Positions 26,185 to 36,401 of a DNA stretch of 64,000 nt are shown here, one piece after another. Position numbers and translations under genes: made by a program. The DNA lies in contig CAYLVW010000002.1 of assembly GCA_964387275.1 (NCBI GenBank), positions 63,286-127,285 on the forward strand, written 5' to 3'. How positions within the stretch are numbered: position 1 is the stretch's first letter; the number at the start of each line of letters is the position of its first letter. Under the pieces are notes generated by a model. The model was not told the DNA's origin. It searched no databases and worked only from the letters and a program-made list of their open reading frames with translations. This DNA comes from an uncultured Candidatus Saccharibacteria bacterium (lineage in GTDB: Bacteria > Patescibacteriota > WWE3 > UBA101185 > UBA10185).

Positions 26185-26667
26185 TTATAGATCCTTATCT
26201 AAGCTTCTTATAACTTCTTTTTCAAAGGATCTTATAGCAATCCTCCTAGGACCGTACATGTAGATGAAGACACCTATACCCAATAGCAAGGAGGAACCAA
26301 TTAGGGCGTAGGTTATGGAGTCAACACCTGTTTCAGGCACTGAAGATTGAGATGTTTGGGTAGCCCCTGCCAAAACAGTTCGTTGCTTCGGAGAATCTTT
26401 CATTTTATTAATTTCTCCAAATAAACTTTCTGGGTTTGAAGAACCAACTGCTACCTTAGTATCTTCTTGCTTCATATCAGTAGTGCCTGCAACTTCCGGG
26501 GAGGCGATAGTCTCTGTAGTTGCAGAAACACTATCAGTATCCTCTATATTAAACTCATCTCTGGAATCAGTAACAACGTAATATACAAAACTAAATAAAA
26601 CTAAAGATACTGATAAAGTAATCAAGAATGTTTTAAAACCTTTTTTTGCTTGCTCTGATGTATTCAT
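26185..26667 (-). CDS. LPXTG-like (VPETG) sortase-substrate candidate
   Basis: N-terminal TM, VPETG, then a TM and a basic RR stretch; convergent with the sortase gene. Confidence 0.65.
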   Translation of the reverse strand: MNTSEQAKKGFKTFLITLSVSLVLFSFVYYVVTDSRDEFNIEDTDSVSATTETIASPEVAGTTDMKQEDTKVAVGSSNPESLFGEINKMKDSPKQRTVLAGATQTSQSSVPETGVDSITYALIGSSLLLGIGVFIYMYGPRRIAIRSFEKEVIRSLDKDL

Positions 26668-26706
26668 AGGCAGGTGGTTTTGCTTAAATTAACAAAACCT
26701 AGTACG

Positions 26707-26877
26707 TTAATTAAAGGTTTTTAGAGTTTCTTTGTCAAGACCTTCTGGTAGGGATTTTATGGCTTTTTCTATATCAGGATTGGTAGTCTCTAAAGTAACA
26801 AGGTATTCAGCATTAAATCTCAGGAAAATAGCAACACTGGCAATTATTAAAATAGCTAATAGTAATAATCTTTTCAT
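26707..26877 (-). CDS. Unannotated 56-aa membrane-anchored protein after pilO (PilP-position)
   Basis: MKRLLLLAILIIASVAIFLRFNAEYLVTLETTNPDIEKAIKSLPEGLDKETLKTFN; ATGA overlap with the pilO stop. Confidence 0.7.
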   Translation of the reverse strand: MKRLLLLAILIIASVAIFLRFNAEYLVTLETTNPDIEKAIKSLPEGLDKETLKTFN

Positions 26878-27446
26878 AGTACCTGCTTTGTATAAATTTC
26901 TATGTCTATAGTATAAGAATACTCCTTGCCAGAATCGTTAACATCGGCAAAAAATGAGATAGTCTGGACTTTTGCAATTCGTTTCAGAGATTCAATATTT
27001 TTAATATAGAGTGCAAGATCCTTGCTACTGCCAACTCCTGTAACTCTAATACCAATAACACCATCGCCAGGAGTAACTTGAACCTGCCGTGTTTCAAACC
27101 CAACAACACCGCCAGCAGCAACTAACTCAACAACAAACTCATCAATTCTCGGTAACTCAGGACGAAGGTTATAAACATTTGAAATAGCAGAGGCATTTTG
27201 AATCATAAATTCTTCATACTCTTTGAGAACAGCGAGTTTCTTAGTAAGAGTAGTTTGTTTATTCTTAATCTCTCTATACTGAACAACCTTATCTGAAATA
27301 GAAAGAATCTGAGGAAATACACCAAACACCCCGAGAATCATAAAAGTTATAAAAGTCATAACTCCGTATACGCGTAGAGTTCTACCGTGAGAAAAAAGTA
27401 GTTCGGTCTTATAAAATAATTTTAGTTTTTGCAATAATTTGTGCAT
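26874..27446 (-). CDS. pilO: Type IV pilus alignment protein PilO-like
   Basis: TM, coiled coil, P.LP, YIKNIESLKRIAKV, terminal IEIY. Confidence 0.7.
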   Translation of the reverse strand: MHKLLQKLKLFYKTELLFSHGRTLRVYGVMTFITFMILGVFGVFPQILSISDKVVQYREIKNKQTTLTKKLAVLKEYEEFMIQNASAISNVYNLRPELPRIDEFVVELVAAGGVVGFETRQVQVTPGDGVIGIRVTGVGSSKDLALYIKNIESLKRIAKVQTISFFADVNDSGKEYSYTIDIEIYTKQVL

Positions 27447-28087
27447 TAGTATTCCAAACCCAAACTAGAATAAACACGTTTTCTCGAAGAATCATAATTT
27501 ACCTCTGATATTACAATCTGTTTAATTCCTTTAGAGGTGAGGTAGGCGTCAATAACACTAGCCACTTGCAAAGCGTTATCAGATTCCAAGTACAAGGAAA
27601 TGCTCATGTTATCGTAAGTAAGTGCAATAATACGAACACCAGCAGGTAGTTTACTAATAACAGTATCAACTTTTGAATCTAAATTTAGAGATGCTTGCTT
27701 ACTTGTATTGTAAAAACTAAGTATCTCAGAAAGATCCCGTATCTTAACTTCTGTAGAACCCATGTTTAAAACCTCTGTTGCTTTTCTCTGCAAAATAAGG
27801 TTCTCTGTCTTAACAAGACCAGACATTAGGATACTTAAACCCAGTAAAACCAGGTATAAGCCTATTATGGTAAGGGTTAAGATCTGAAATACTAATAAAG
27901 TTTTGGAAAAGTAAAGTTCCGTAAAAATACCAAGAGTGGTTTTAAGTCTATTCCCTCCTGTAGATTCTTGAAGAAGGTTAGGACTTAGACTTAGTTGATT
28001 TTGGTTTTCTGGATTTGGCTCCAGAATCTTTTCCGGTGGATTCTGAAGATTTAATTTCTTTAGAAATTCCGGCAATTTTAAGGGCAT
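27446..28087 (-). CDS. pilN: Type IV pilus alignment protein PilN-like
   Basis: NLL motif (PilM-binding), TM, coiled coil, LPAGVRI ferredoxin-like core; upstream of pilO. Confidence 0.6.
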   Translation of the reverse strand: MPLKLPEFLKKLNLQNPPEKILEPNPENQNQLSLSPNLLQESTGGNRLKTTLGIFTELYFSKTLLVFQILTLTIIGLYLVLLGLSILMSGLVKTENLILQRKATEVLNMGSTEVKIRDLSEILSFYNTSKQASLNLDSKVDTVISKLPAGVRIIALTYDNMSISLYLESDNALQVASVIDAYLTSKGIKQIVISEVNYDSSRKRVYSSLGLEY

Positions 28088-28325
28088 ACTTTGATTTTAA
28101 TCTATTTGCCTTGTTTTTATGAATAGCTTTTTCTTTGGAAGCCTTATCTAATACCTTCTGTAACATCTTAATTTCCGCGTCAATCTGGGATTTTTCGGCT
28201 TTTGAAGCAACAAGTTCTTTTACAGCTTTCAAAGCGTTTTTTACCCTCTTTTTCCAAAAAAGGTTGTGCTGTCTTTTTTTATCTGATTGTCTTACTGCTT
28301 TTTTCGCAGAGGAAGTGTTTGCCAT
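27978..28325 (-). CDS. rpsT: 30S ribosomal protein S20 with a basic C-terminal extension
   Basis: MANTSSAKKAVRQ, LDKASKEKAIHKNKANRLKS. Confidence 0.95.
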   Translation of the reverse strand: MANTSSAKKAVRQSDKKRQHNLFWKKRVKNALKAVKELVASKAEKSQIDAEIKMLQKVLDKASKEKAIHKNKANRLKSKYALKIAGISKEIKSSESTGKDSGAKSRKPKSTKSKS

Positions 28326-28412
28326 AACGGCTTGTATAATAACATATAACCCGCGTTTGTAAAGCTTTGACTCAGACACAGGGTAAAGAAGTATAATCAG
28401 ATAGTAAAACTT

Positions 28413-30044
28413 ATGAAATCCACAAATGTGTTTCTAAAAAGCCAAAACTCTATAGTATCCGCTGCAATAATAATTGCAGCAACGACGGGCATAAATGCAT
28501 TTTTGGGACTTATTAAAGGCAGACTTTTTACACATTACTACGGGGTCTCAGATCAGTTGGCAATTTTTTACACTGCGGATCGTATACCTAACATGGTGTA
28601 TTCATTATTAGTAGTGGGAGCACTATCAACAGTGTTTATACCAATATTTTCGGAGCTGGTTAAAAAAAATAAGGATGAAGCAAGCGAAACTGCATCTGCT
28701 GCTATAAATTTGTCACTAATTACTTTCACAATTCTTGGAACTATAGCTTTTATTTTTGCTAAACAAATTATAGAAATCCTATCTCTTGGGCAGTTTGACA
28801 AGGTAAATATAAGCTTGGGGGTAGATTTGATGAGAATAATGCTCGTAGGACAATTTATACTCATTTTGAGTAGTTTTATCAGCACGGTATTACAAACACT
28901 AAGAATGTTTGTGATACCAGCACTCGCTCCTGTACTGTACAACATGGGAATGCTAGTTACTACAATTATATTGCATGAGCAGTTAGGTATATATGCCCCT
29001 GCCATTGGAGTTGTTGTGGGAGCATTACTTCACGTCCTAATTCAAATTCCAGTAATAAATAAAACAGGGATCAATTATTTACCCACATTAAAAATTACAA
29101 AAGGTATCAACAAACTCAGCCACCTGGTTCCTTACAGAATACTTGCAGTATTTGCTGCAAACTCATTACAAACAATTAACAACTCTTTTGCTATATTAAT
29201 ATCTTCTTCGGCAGTGATACATTTAAAATTTGCCACACAGCTCCAAGCTTTACCTGTAAGTTTATTTGGAGCATCGATGTCTATGGCAGCACTACCCACA
29301 TTATCAGCAGAGAGTGTAGGCAAGACCCTAGATGACTTCAAAAAAACATTTACTACTTCCCTTTTACAGATGCTTTATATGGTAGTGCCAGCTAGTATCA
29401 TCCTGATTGTGCTTAAAGTCCCTATTGTTCGAATTGTTTATGGTGTTTCTCAATTTCCATGGGATGCTACAGTGAAAACTTCTTACGCTCTAGGGTTTTT
29501 TGGTCTATCTATTATATTTCAGAGTGTTATTTATCTACTGACCCGATCGTTCTACGCTCTAAAGGACACTAAGTCGCCGGTAGTGGTAAGTTTAGCAACT
29601 ATACCTGTAAATATAGCTCTAACTTATATATGTATTACATACCTAAAACTGGGTGTATGGAGTATTGCGATGACATATACAGTTACTTCGTTTGTAGACA
29701 TGATGGCACTAATGATTTTACTAAATAAGAGGGTTGGCGGATTTGATACTAAGGCTCTACTTAAACCAGTAGTTAAAATATCGTATGCCTCTTTGATAAT
29801 GGGTCTAGCACTATATTTACCACTAAAACTTCTAGATAACTTTGTGTTTGATACAGCAAAAACTGTAGGCTTAATAATGCTAACTGTAGTTGCTGGAACA
29901 TTGGGGTTAGCTACATATCTTGCTTTAACACATCTTATGAAAGTAGAAGAAATTCAAATGTTTTATAAACTACTGAGAAAACTTAATTTTACGACCTCAT
30001 CAAAAGACGTGATCCTAGAAAGTGACTCCGGGAACGAGAAATAG
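28413..30044 (+). CDS. murJ: Lipid II flippase MurJ
   Basis: ADRIPN, GALSTVFIPIF, ALAPVLYN, LP..LFG, RSFYALKDTKSP. Confidence 0.93.
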   Translation: MKSTNVFLKSQNSIVSAAIIIAATTGINAFLGLIKGRLFTHYYGVSDQLAIFYTADRIPNMVYSLLVVGALSTVFIPIFSELVKKNKDEASETASAAINLSLITFTILGTIAFIFAKQIIEILSLGQFDKVNISLGVDLMRIMLVGQFILILSSFISTVLQTLRMFVIPALAPVLYNMGMLVTTIILHEQLGIYAPAIGVVVGALLHVLIQIPVINKTGINYLPTLKITKGINKLSHLVPYRILAVFAANSLQTINNSFAILISSSAVIHLKFATQLQALPVSLFGASMSMAALPTLSAESVGKTLDDFKKTFTTSLLQMLYMVVPASIILIVLKVPIVRIVYGVSQFPWDATVKTSYALGFFGLSIIFQSVIYLLTRSFYALKDTKSPVVVSLATIPVNIALTYICITYLKLGVWSIAMTYTVTSFVDMMALMILLNKRVGGFDTKALLKPVVKISYASLIMGLALYLPLKLLDNFVFDTAKTVGLIMLTVVAGTLGLATYLALTHLMKVEEIQMFYKLLRKLNFTTSSKDVILESDSGNEK

Positions 30045-30110
30045 ACGTTACCAATAGATACTTTTTTACCAAAATAGGCACAAAGATGATAGAATCCAAC
30101 AGTTATTCAT

Positions 30111-31931
30111 ATGGAAACAAGAACCCTTCAAGAAAAAATCAGAAACTTCTGCATAATAGCTCATATTGATCATGGTAAATCAACACTAGCTGATAGATTT
30201 TTAGAAATTACAAAAACTGTAGAAAGAAGAAAACTCAAAGAACAGTTGCTAGACAGCATGGAACTTGAACGGGAAAAAGGAATTACAATTAAGCTTAAAG
30301 CCGTTCGAATGAGGTATGAGAAAGAAGGAGCTGAGTATCAACTCAATCTTATAGACACGCCGGGTCACGTTGATTTTTCTTATGAAGTTTCAAGATCGCT
30401 GGCAGCTTGCGAAGGAGCTATACTTGTTGTCGACGCTTCTCAAGGAATACAGGCTCAAACAGTTTCCAATGTGTACAAAGCAATTGATGCCAATCTCACT
30501 ATTATTCCGGTACTTAACAAAATAGATTTACCTGCAAGTGAAGTAGAGAAAGTTTCAGATGATCTTTGCAGGACATTTGGTTTTAGTAAAGACGAAATTC
30601 TACATGTTTCTGCAAAAACAGGACATGGGGTAGATATATTACTATCAGAAATAATAAAAAAAGTACCGTCTCCAAACGGCAAAGAAAACTTACCCACAAG
30701 AGCACTAATATTTGACACTTTTTATGATGAGTTTTTGGGTGTGGTTGCTGCAATAAAAGTAGTCGACGGTAAATTTACTTTCACACCCGAAGACTATGAA
30801 TCAAACAAAATAAAATTTATAGCAACTGACACTATATCTGTTATGCAAGAAATGGGAGTTTTTACACCAGAAAGAAAAAGGCTCGATGAATTAAAGGCAG
30901 GGGAAGTAGGATACATAGCAACGGGATTAAAAGATATTCACACAGCTAAAGTAGGAGATACAATAACTACGGCAACAAATCCTTCAGATAAACAGCTAGA
31001 TGGATATAAAGAAATAAAACCTTTTGTGTTTGTTTCAATTTTCCCAATAGAGAATGATAAATTCCCACAACTCAGAGACGCTTTGGAAAAGTTATCACTC
31101 TCTGACTCATCACTAACGTTTGAGCCTGAAAGTTCTACCGCTTTAGGTTTTGGTTTTAGATGTGGGTTTTTGGGATTACTCCATGCAGACATAATTCAAG
31201 AAAGATTAGAAAGGGAATACAATCTAGAGCTTATATCATCAACACCAACTGTAGAGTACCATGTCGGTCTAACTAATGGAGATAATATTCTTGTTAAAGC
31301 AGCGGATGAGCTTCCAGAGGTAACAAGAATAGATAAAATACAAGAGCCCTGGATAAGTACAACCATAGTTACCCCTACAGAGTATGTAGGGCAAATAATC
31401 ACCCTTTGTGAAGACAGGAGGGGTATCTTAAAAAAAATGGACTACCCTACAGAAAACAGAGTAATTTTTGAATATGAACTACCTCTTGCGGAACTTGTAT
31501 ATAATTTTTTTGATGATCTTAAGACAGTGTCCTCAGGATTTGCTAGCCTGGATTATGAATTTTTAAACTATAGAGAGGTTAATGCAGTTAAACTAGATAT
31601 CCTTGTACATGGGGAAGTAGTAGGCCCACTAGCCCAAATCGTATTAAAAACAAAAGCTACAGAGTTTGGTAAAAGAACCTTGGCAAAACTTAAAGAAGTG
31701 ATACCAAGACAACAATTTCAGGTTGCGCTACAAGCTGCAATAGGCGGAAAGATAATTGCCAGAGAAGACATACCAGCGCTTAGGAAAAACGTGTTGGCTA
31801 AAATGTCCGGAGGCCATAGAGAAAGAAAAGATAAGTTGTTGGATATTCAAAAAAAGGGAAAGCAAAGGATGAAAAGATTAGGCCGAGTTGACATACCACA
31901 AGAGGCTTTTAGAGAAATATTGCGGTCGTAG
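30111..31931 (+). CDS. lepA: Elongation factor 4
   Basis: IRNFCIIAHIDHGKSTLADR, GFRCGFLGLLH, QKKGKQRMK. Confidence 0.98.
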   Translation: METRTLQEKIRNFCIIAHIDHGKSTLADRFLEITKTVERRKLKEQLLDSMELEREKGITIKLKAVRMRYEKEGAEYQLNLIDTPGHVDFSYEVSRSLAACEGAILVVDASQGIQAQTVSNVYKAIDANLTIIPVLNKIDLPASEVEKVSDDLCRTFGFSKDEILHVSAKTGHGVDILLSEIIKKVPSPNGKENLPTRALIFDTFYDEFLGVVAAIKVVDGKFTFTPEDYESNKIKFIATDTISVMQEMGVFTPERKRLDELKAGEVGYIATGLKDIHTAKVGDTITTATNPSDKQLDGYKEIKPFVFVSIFPIENDKFPQLRDALEKLSLSDSSLTFEPESSTALGFGFRCGFLGLLHADIIQERLEREYNLELISSTPTVEYHVGLTNGDNILVKAADELPEVTRIDKIQEPWISTTIVTPTEYVGQIITLCEDRRGILKKMDYPTENRVIFEYELPLAELVYNFFDDLKTVSSGFASLDYEFLNYREVNAVKLDILVHGEVVGPLAQIVLKTKATEFGKRTLAKLKEVIPRQQFQVALQAAIGGKIIAREDIPALRKNVLAKMSGGHRERKDKLLDIQKKGKQRMKRLGRVDIPQEAFREILRS

Positions 31932-32001
31932 TGTTACCTTTGACAGTTTTTTAATTCTCGTGTAATATACCCTATAGTCTTTGATGTGAAAAGGAGAGAG
32001 A

Positions 32002-32409
32002 ATGGCAAACCTAGCCCGCGATATGTGGCGTCTGGTTAGTCTTGCAATTATCGTAAGTATATCTTTTGTAAGACCTTCTGATGAGGTTATGTGGTTTCTA
32101 ATTGTGCTATGTGCGGTTTGTCTGTTGATCTGTGTTCTAGCTCTAAAATCCACAGCTTCAGATAAAACACTTAAAAGCTCGCACCCATCCTTGTTTAGCT
32201 ACCTAAAAACCTTTACGGGAATAATTCTTACTATCGGGGCAGTAACAAACCTCGTAACCCTTATTCTTGATACCACTAGCTTTGTGGCTACCTCAAACGA
32301 GGTATTGCTAGCAAGTGCAAAGTATTCGTTGGTTTTGTTGATTGGATGGGTTATGTATATTGTCGGAAGTTACATCAGCACGTTTAAGCCGAGTGCTCAA
32401 GCAGAGTAA
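32002..32409 (+). CDS. Hypothetical 4-TM membrane protein
   Basis: TTGACA promoter element and AAAGGAG SD upstream; four hydrophobic segments. Confidence 0.7.
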   Translation: MANLARDMWRLVSLAIIVSISFVRPSDEVMWFLIVLCAVCLLICVLALKSTASDKTLKSSHPSLFSYLKTFTGIILTIGAVTNLVTLILDTTSFVATSNEVLLASAKYSLVLLIGWVMYIVGSYISTFKPSAQAE

Positions 32410-32450
32410 GAACTGCAGATGTGCAAATGAATGAGGTCTAGATATAGAAA

Positions 32451-32493
32451 GGGGCGGGCGCAAATTTTGAAATTCATAATTTGCGCCCGCCCC
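32451..32493. terminator. GC-rich hairpin between convergent genes
   Basis: GGGGCGGGCGCAAATT / AATTTGCGCCCGCCCC, 16-bp perfect stem. Confidence 0.75.
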
Positions 32494-32530
32494 GAATTTG
32501 TACCAAACACCAAACCCTTAAGAAATAAAA

Positions 32531-32950
32531 CTACTTCAACTTAAAAGTAGTAATAACAAGACCCTTAAAAACAAGAAGGCATGATATAACCACCCCCGCA
32601 CTTAGTGAAAACACAAAAAAAAGTATGACGTTCTGATCAGAACCCACAGCATTAGCAACAAGGCTTATCTGCCAGGTAGCCCACATATACATTGCGAAAT
32701 GTACAAAAACACCAATTATAGAAACGACTCTCATAATCCGTGAAGGTACTTCCTTGGAAAAGAAATCAATTCCCCAAACATAGTAAACACCAAACCCCAA
32801 GCTAAAAACCGCACAAGCTAAACCTAGTCTTCCTAAAAGTGCGAAATCAATAGGATCTACCTGAGCAAAAGATCCAAACAGGGTAAAGATAATAAGTGCG
32901 ATAACTCCAACAAAAATTGTAGTAGGACCCCAGTAAGAGGTAGGTTTCAT
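32531..32950 (-). CDS. Hypothetical 4-TM membrane protein
   Basis: AAAGGAG SD before MKPTSY at 32950; four TMs. Confidence 0.7.
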   Translation of the reverse strand: MKPTSYWGPTTIFVGVIALIIFTLFGSFAQVDPIDFALLGRLGLACAVFSLGFGVYYVWGIDFFSKEVPSRIMRVVSIIGVFVHFAMYMWATWQISLVANAVGSDQNVILFFVFSLSAGVVISCLLVFKGLVITTFKLK

Positions 32951-33014
32951 TGTGTTCACTCCTTTGAACAGGCAAGTTTTACAACAAAAATAGGATACAA
33001 ACAAATTTAATATC

Positions 33015-33050
33015 TTGACACTCTTAGCACTCGTGATATATTACTGATAA
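33015..33050 (+). promoter_or_regulatory. sigma70 promoter overlapped by a degenerate CIRCE operator
   Basis: TTGACA (33015), TGaTATATT (33034-42); TTAGCACTC-N9-TACTGATAA, with a perfect left arm and a 6/9 right arm relative to TTAGCACTC-N9-GAGTGCTAA. Confidence 0.75.
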
Positions 33051-33051
33051 T

Positions 33052-33774
33052 ATGCTAAGTGACCGTCAGTTAGAATTACTAAAAGCCGTAATACAAGAGT
33101 ATATAAGCTCAGCAGAACCTGTTGGGTCTAATGACCTTGTAAATAAATACAACCTTAAATTCTCAGCAGCAACAGTTAGAAACGAGATGGCAAAATTGAT
33201 TGATCATGGACTCTTAGAGATGGTACATACATCCTCAGGTAGAATCCCTACCCCAAACGCCTACAGATTTTTCATACAAGAATTAATGGAAGAGGAAGAA
33301 ATTCCGGTTTTACAAGAAATAGCTTTTAAACAAAAGCTTTGGCCAAGAAGATTTGAATTTGAAAAAATGCTTAGAGAAGCAATGATTTCTCTATCGGATA
33401 TCACTAAAGAGCTCACAATAGCAACAACAGCTGATGGCTACCTAGTCCACGCAGGAGCAGTTAATGTACTGGATAATAAAGAGTTCTGGGACATTAATGT
33501 GGCAAAAGCAGCTTTGTACTTACTAGATCGTTATGAGTTACTAGAACAAATCCTAAGTAAAGCCCAGTATGGCGAAGACGTAAGATACTTACTAGGTGCC
33601 GAGATAGGAAATGAGCATCTTCAAGAATGTGGAATTGTTTTTACACCATATAATGCTGAAAATAAGTCAGGATTTATATGTGTTCTAGGACCAGCCAGAA
33701 TGAATTACCCAAAAATAATTCCGTCTGTTAGGTATGCCAAAAACCTTATTGAAGAACTCGCAGGATCTTGGTAA
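33052..33774 (+). CDS. hrcA: Heat-inducible transcription repressor HrcA (short form)
   Basis: LSDRQ, EPVGS, SAATVRNEM, HTSSGRIPT, GPARMNY. Confidence 0.93.
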   Translation: MLSDRQLELLKAVIQEYISSAEPVGSNDLVNKYNLKFSAATVRNEMAKLIDHGLLEMVHTSSGRIPTPNAYRFFIQELMEEEEIPVLQEIAFKQKLWPRRFEFEKMLREAMISLSDITKELTIATTADGYLVHAGAVNVLDNKEFWDINVAKAALYLLDRYELLEQILSKAQYGEDVRYLLGAEIGNEHLQECGIVFTPYNAENKSGFICVLGPARMNYPKIIPSVRYAKNLIEELAGSW

Positions 33775-33821
33775 TCACAAATATATTTTTAATAAAATAT
33801 TTTAATTAGGTTTAATAAAAT

Positions 33822-34277
33822 ATGGATCAAAACGATAATAATCAACAAAATAACCTACAAACCCAAGTAGATGAATTAACTAAAAAGGTTGGGGAACTAG
33901 ACAATAGTTGGAAGAGAGCTTTAGCAGACTACAAAAATCTGGAAAAAAGGATGTTCGACGAAAAATTGGAGTTTGCCTCATATGCAAATTCGAATCTCTT
34001 ATACAAGTTGCTACCAATTATGGATAACCTGGAACTACTTGATATGCACCTAAATGACATGGGACTTAAATTAGTGCTAAAAGAACTAAAACAAATACTA
34101 ACAGAACAGGGTGTTACAGAGATAGAAACCAGAGATAAAGAATTTGATGCGGAGAAAATGGAAGCAATAGAGCTTGTGGATGGGCCCAAAAATATAGTTG
34201 TTGAGACTTTAAATAAAGGATATTTGATTAAAAATAAACTACTTAGACCGGCCAGGGTCAAAGTTGGAAAAGATTAA
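33822..34277 (+). CDS. grpE: Nucleotide exchange factor GrpE
   Basis: RALADYKNLEKR, LLPIMDNL, KGY, LRPARVKV. Confidence 0.95.
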   Translation: MDQNDNNQQNNLQTQVDELTKKVGELDNSWKRALADYKNLEKRMFDEKLEFASYANSNLLYKLLPIMDNLELLDMHLNDMGLKLVLKELKQILTEQGVTEIETRDKEFDAEKMEAIELVDGPKNIVVETLNKGYLIKNKLLRPARVKVGKD

Positions 34278-34323
34278 TTATTTCGACTCTGTTATAGACA
34301 GAGCTAATAAATAGGAGGCTTTT

Positions 34324-36201
34324 ATGGCAAAAATCATAGGAATTGACTTAGGAACCACAAACAGCTGTATGGCCGTAATGGAAGGTGGTCAACCTAAAGT
34401 TATTGTAAATTTAGAAGGAGGTAATACAACACCATCAGTTGTCGCACCCTCATCAAATCTAGTTGGTGTCACAGCAAAAAGACAACAAGTAGTAAATCCA
34501 AAAAATACAGTATTCTCTGTCAAAAGACTTATAGGAATGAAGTTCAACGACAAAGAGATACAAGAAATCAAAAAAAGCTACCCATATAGCATTGTTGAAG
34601 GAGCTAATGGGATGGCCTGCGTTGAAATTGAAGGAAAAATATACACTCCCCAAGAAGTGTCAGCAAAAATACTAGCAAAACTCAAAGCGGATGCTGAAAA
34701 ATTTTTAGGCCAACCGGTTACAGAGGCAGTGATAACAGTCCCGGCGTACTTTAATGACGCTCAAAGATCAGCAACCAAAGAAGCCGGTCAAATTGCAGGT
34801 CTTGAAGTAAAGAGAATCATAAACGAACCAACAGCAGCAGCCTTAGCGTACGGTCTTGATAAAAAAACTGCTCAAAAAATTGCGGTGTATGATCTGGGAG
34901 GAGGAACATTTGATGTGTCTATCCTAGAAATTGGTGATGGCGTTTTTGAAGTAAAAGCAACAAATGGAGATACACATCTAGGTGGAGATGATTTCGATAA
35001 AAAAATTATAGATTGGTTAATCGAGTCGTTTAAACAAGAATCAGGTGTAGATCTATCAAACGATAGACAAGCCATGCAAAGACTTAAAGATGCTGCAGAA
35101 AAAGCAAAAATTGAACTATCCTCAGCAATGGAAACAGAAATTAGTATTCCATTTATTACGGCAGATGCATCAGGTCCAAAACACTTAAACATAAAATTAA
35201 GCAGAGCAAAACTCGAACAGCTCGTAGACGATCTGATACAAAGAACTGTCACACCTATTGTTAACGCCCTAAAAGATGCCGGTTTATCAAAGACTGATAT
35301 ATCTGAAATAGTTATGGTCGGTGGTATGACTAGGATGCCTAAAGTAGTTTCTGTAGTAAAAGAATTTTTTGGAAAAGAACCACATCAAGGTGTAAATCCT
35401 GACGAAGTTGTGGCGGTCGGGGCAGCCATACAAGGAGGTGTCTTAGGAGGAGATGTTAAGGATGTGCTTTTATTAGACGTAACACCGCTTACTCTGGGAA
35501 TAGAAACTTTAGGAGGTGTGAGTACACCTATAATTAAGCGAAATACTACCATCCCAACATCAGCTTCCCAAGTATTCTCTACAGCTGCAGATAACCAAAC
35601 CAGTGTAGAAATTAATGTTCTTCAGGGTGAAAGAGAACTTGCTGTATATAACAAATCTCTAGGCCGATTCATCTTGGACGGTATTCCCCCATCACCAAGA
35701 GGAGTTCCACAAGTAGAAGTCAAATTTGATATAGATGCTAATGGAATAATTCATGTAACTGCTAAGGATAAAGCTTCCAACAAAGAGCAAAAAATAACTA
35801 TACAAGGTGGGACAGGTCTCTCTAAAGATGAGATTGATAGAATGGTAAAAGAAGCAGAGGCTAATGCGGATGCGGACAAAAAGAAAAAAGAAGAAGTAGA
35901 AATTCGAAACACGGCAGACAATCTATGCTATACCGCAGAAAAAGCACTAAAAGACGCAGGAGACAAAGTATCATCAGACATTAAAACTGAAATTGAATCT
36001 AAGATAAAAGCAATAAAAGAAGTGCTTCAAACAGCTACCATAGAGGAGCTAAAGTCAAAAACGGAAGAACTTTCAACAAGTCTACAAAAAATTGGTCAAA
36101 GTATGTACGGTCAGCAAGGCCAACCAAACCAAGACCCTAACACAGGGCCTCAAAACACAGGGCCTTCAGACGGACCGATTGATGGGGAAATTGTTAAATA
36201 G
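34324..36201 (+). CDS. dnaK: Chaperone DnaK
   Basis: [34 protein letters not shown]; AGGAGG SD. Confidence 0.99.
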   Translation: MAKIIGIDLGTTNSCMAVMEGGQPKVIVNLEGGNTTPSVVAPSSNLVGVTAKRQQVVNPKNTVFSVKRLIGMKFNDKEIQEIKKSYPYSIVEGANGMACVEIEGKIYTPQEVSAKILAKLKADAEKFLGQPVTEAVITVPAYFNDAQRSATKEAGQIAGLEVKRIINEPTAAALAYGLDKKTAQKIAVYDLGGGTFDVSILEIGDGVFEVKATNGDTHLGGDDFDKKIIDWLIESFKQESGVDLSNDRQAMQRLKDAAEKAKIELSSAMETEISIPFITADASGPKHLNIKLSRAKLEQLVDDLIQRTVTPIVNALKDAGLSKTDISEIVMVGGMTRMPKVVSVVKEFFGKEPHQGVNPDEVVAVGAAIQGGVLGGDVKDVLLLDVTPLTLGIETLGGVSTPIIKRNTTIPTSASQVFSTAADNQTSVEINVLQGERELAVYNKSLGRFILDGIPPSPRGVPQVEVKFDIDANGIIHVTAKDKASNKEQKITIQGGTGLSKDEIDRMVKEAEANADADKKKKEEVEIRNTADNLCYTAEKALKDAGDKVSSDIKTEIESKIKAIKEVLQTATIEELKSKTEELSTSLQKIGQSMYGQQGQPNQDPNTGPQNTGPSDGPIDGEIVK

Positions 36202-36257
36202 ATTTCTGTTAGAAGTTTCTTAGTCATTAAGTGGGGTGGGTTTGCTGTAGAAGTAGG

Positions 36258-36289
36258 AAGAGGCGGGGGCCGAAGGCCCCCGCCTCTTT
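36258..36289 (+). terminator. 14-bp perfect hairpin with GAA loop after dnaK
   Basis: AAGAGGCGGGGGCC-GAA-GGCCCCCGCCTCTT-T. Confidence 0.75.
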
Positions 36290-36401
36290 ACAACCAAACA
36301 CACACTAAAAAACCAAACGCTCTAAACCTCAAGTCACTAACATCACCACCCCAAAGCAATTGACTCAAAATACAAAATAACTCTATAATTAATCACTGCC
36401 T

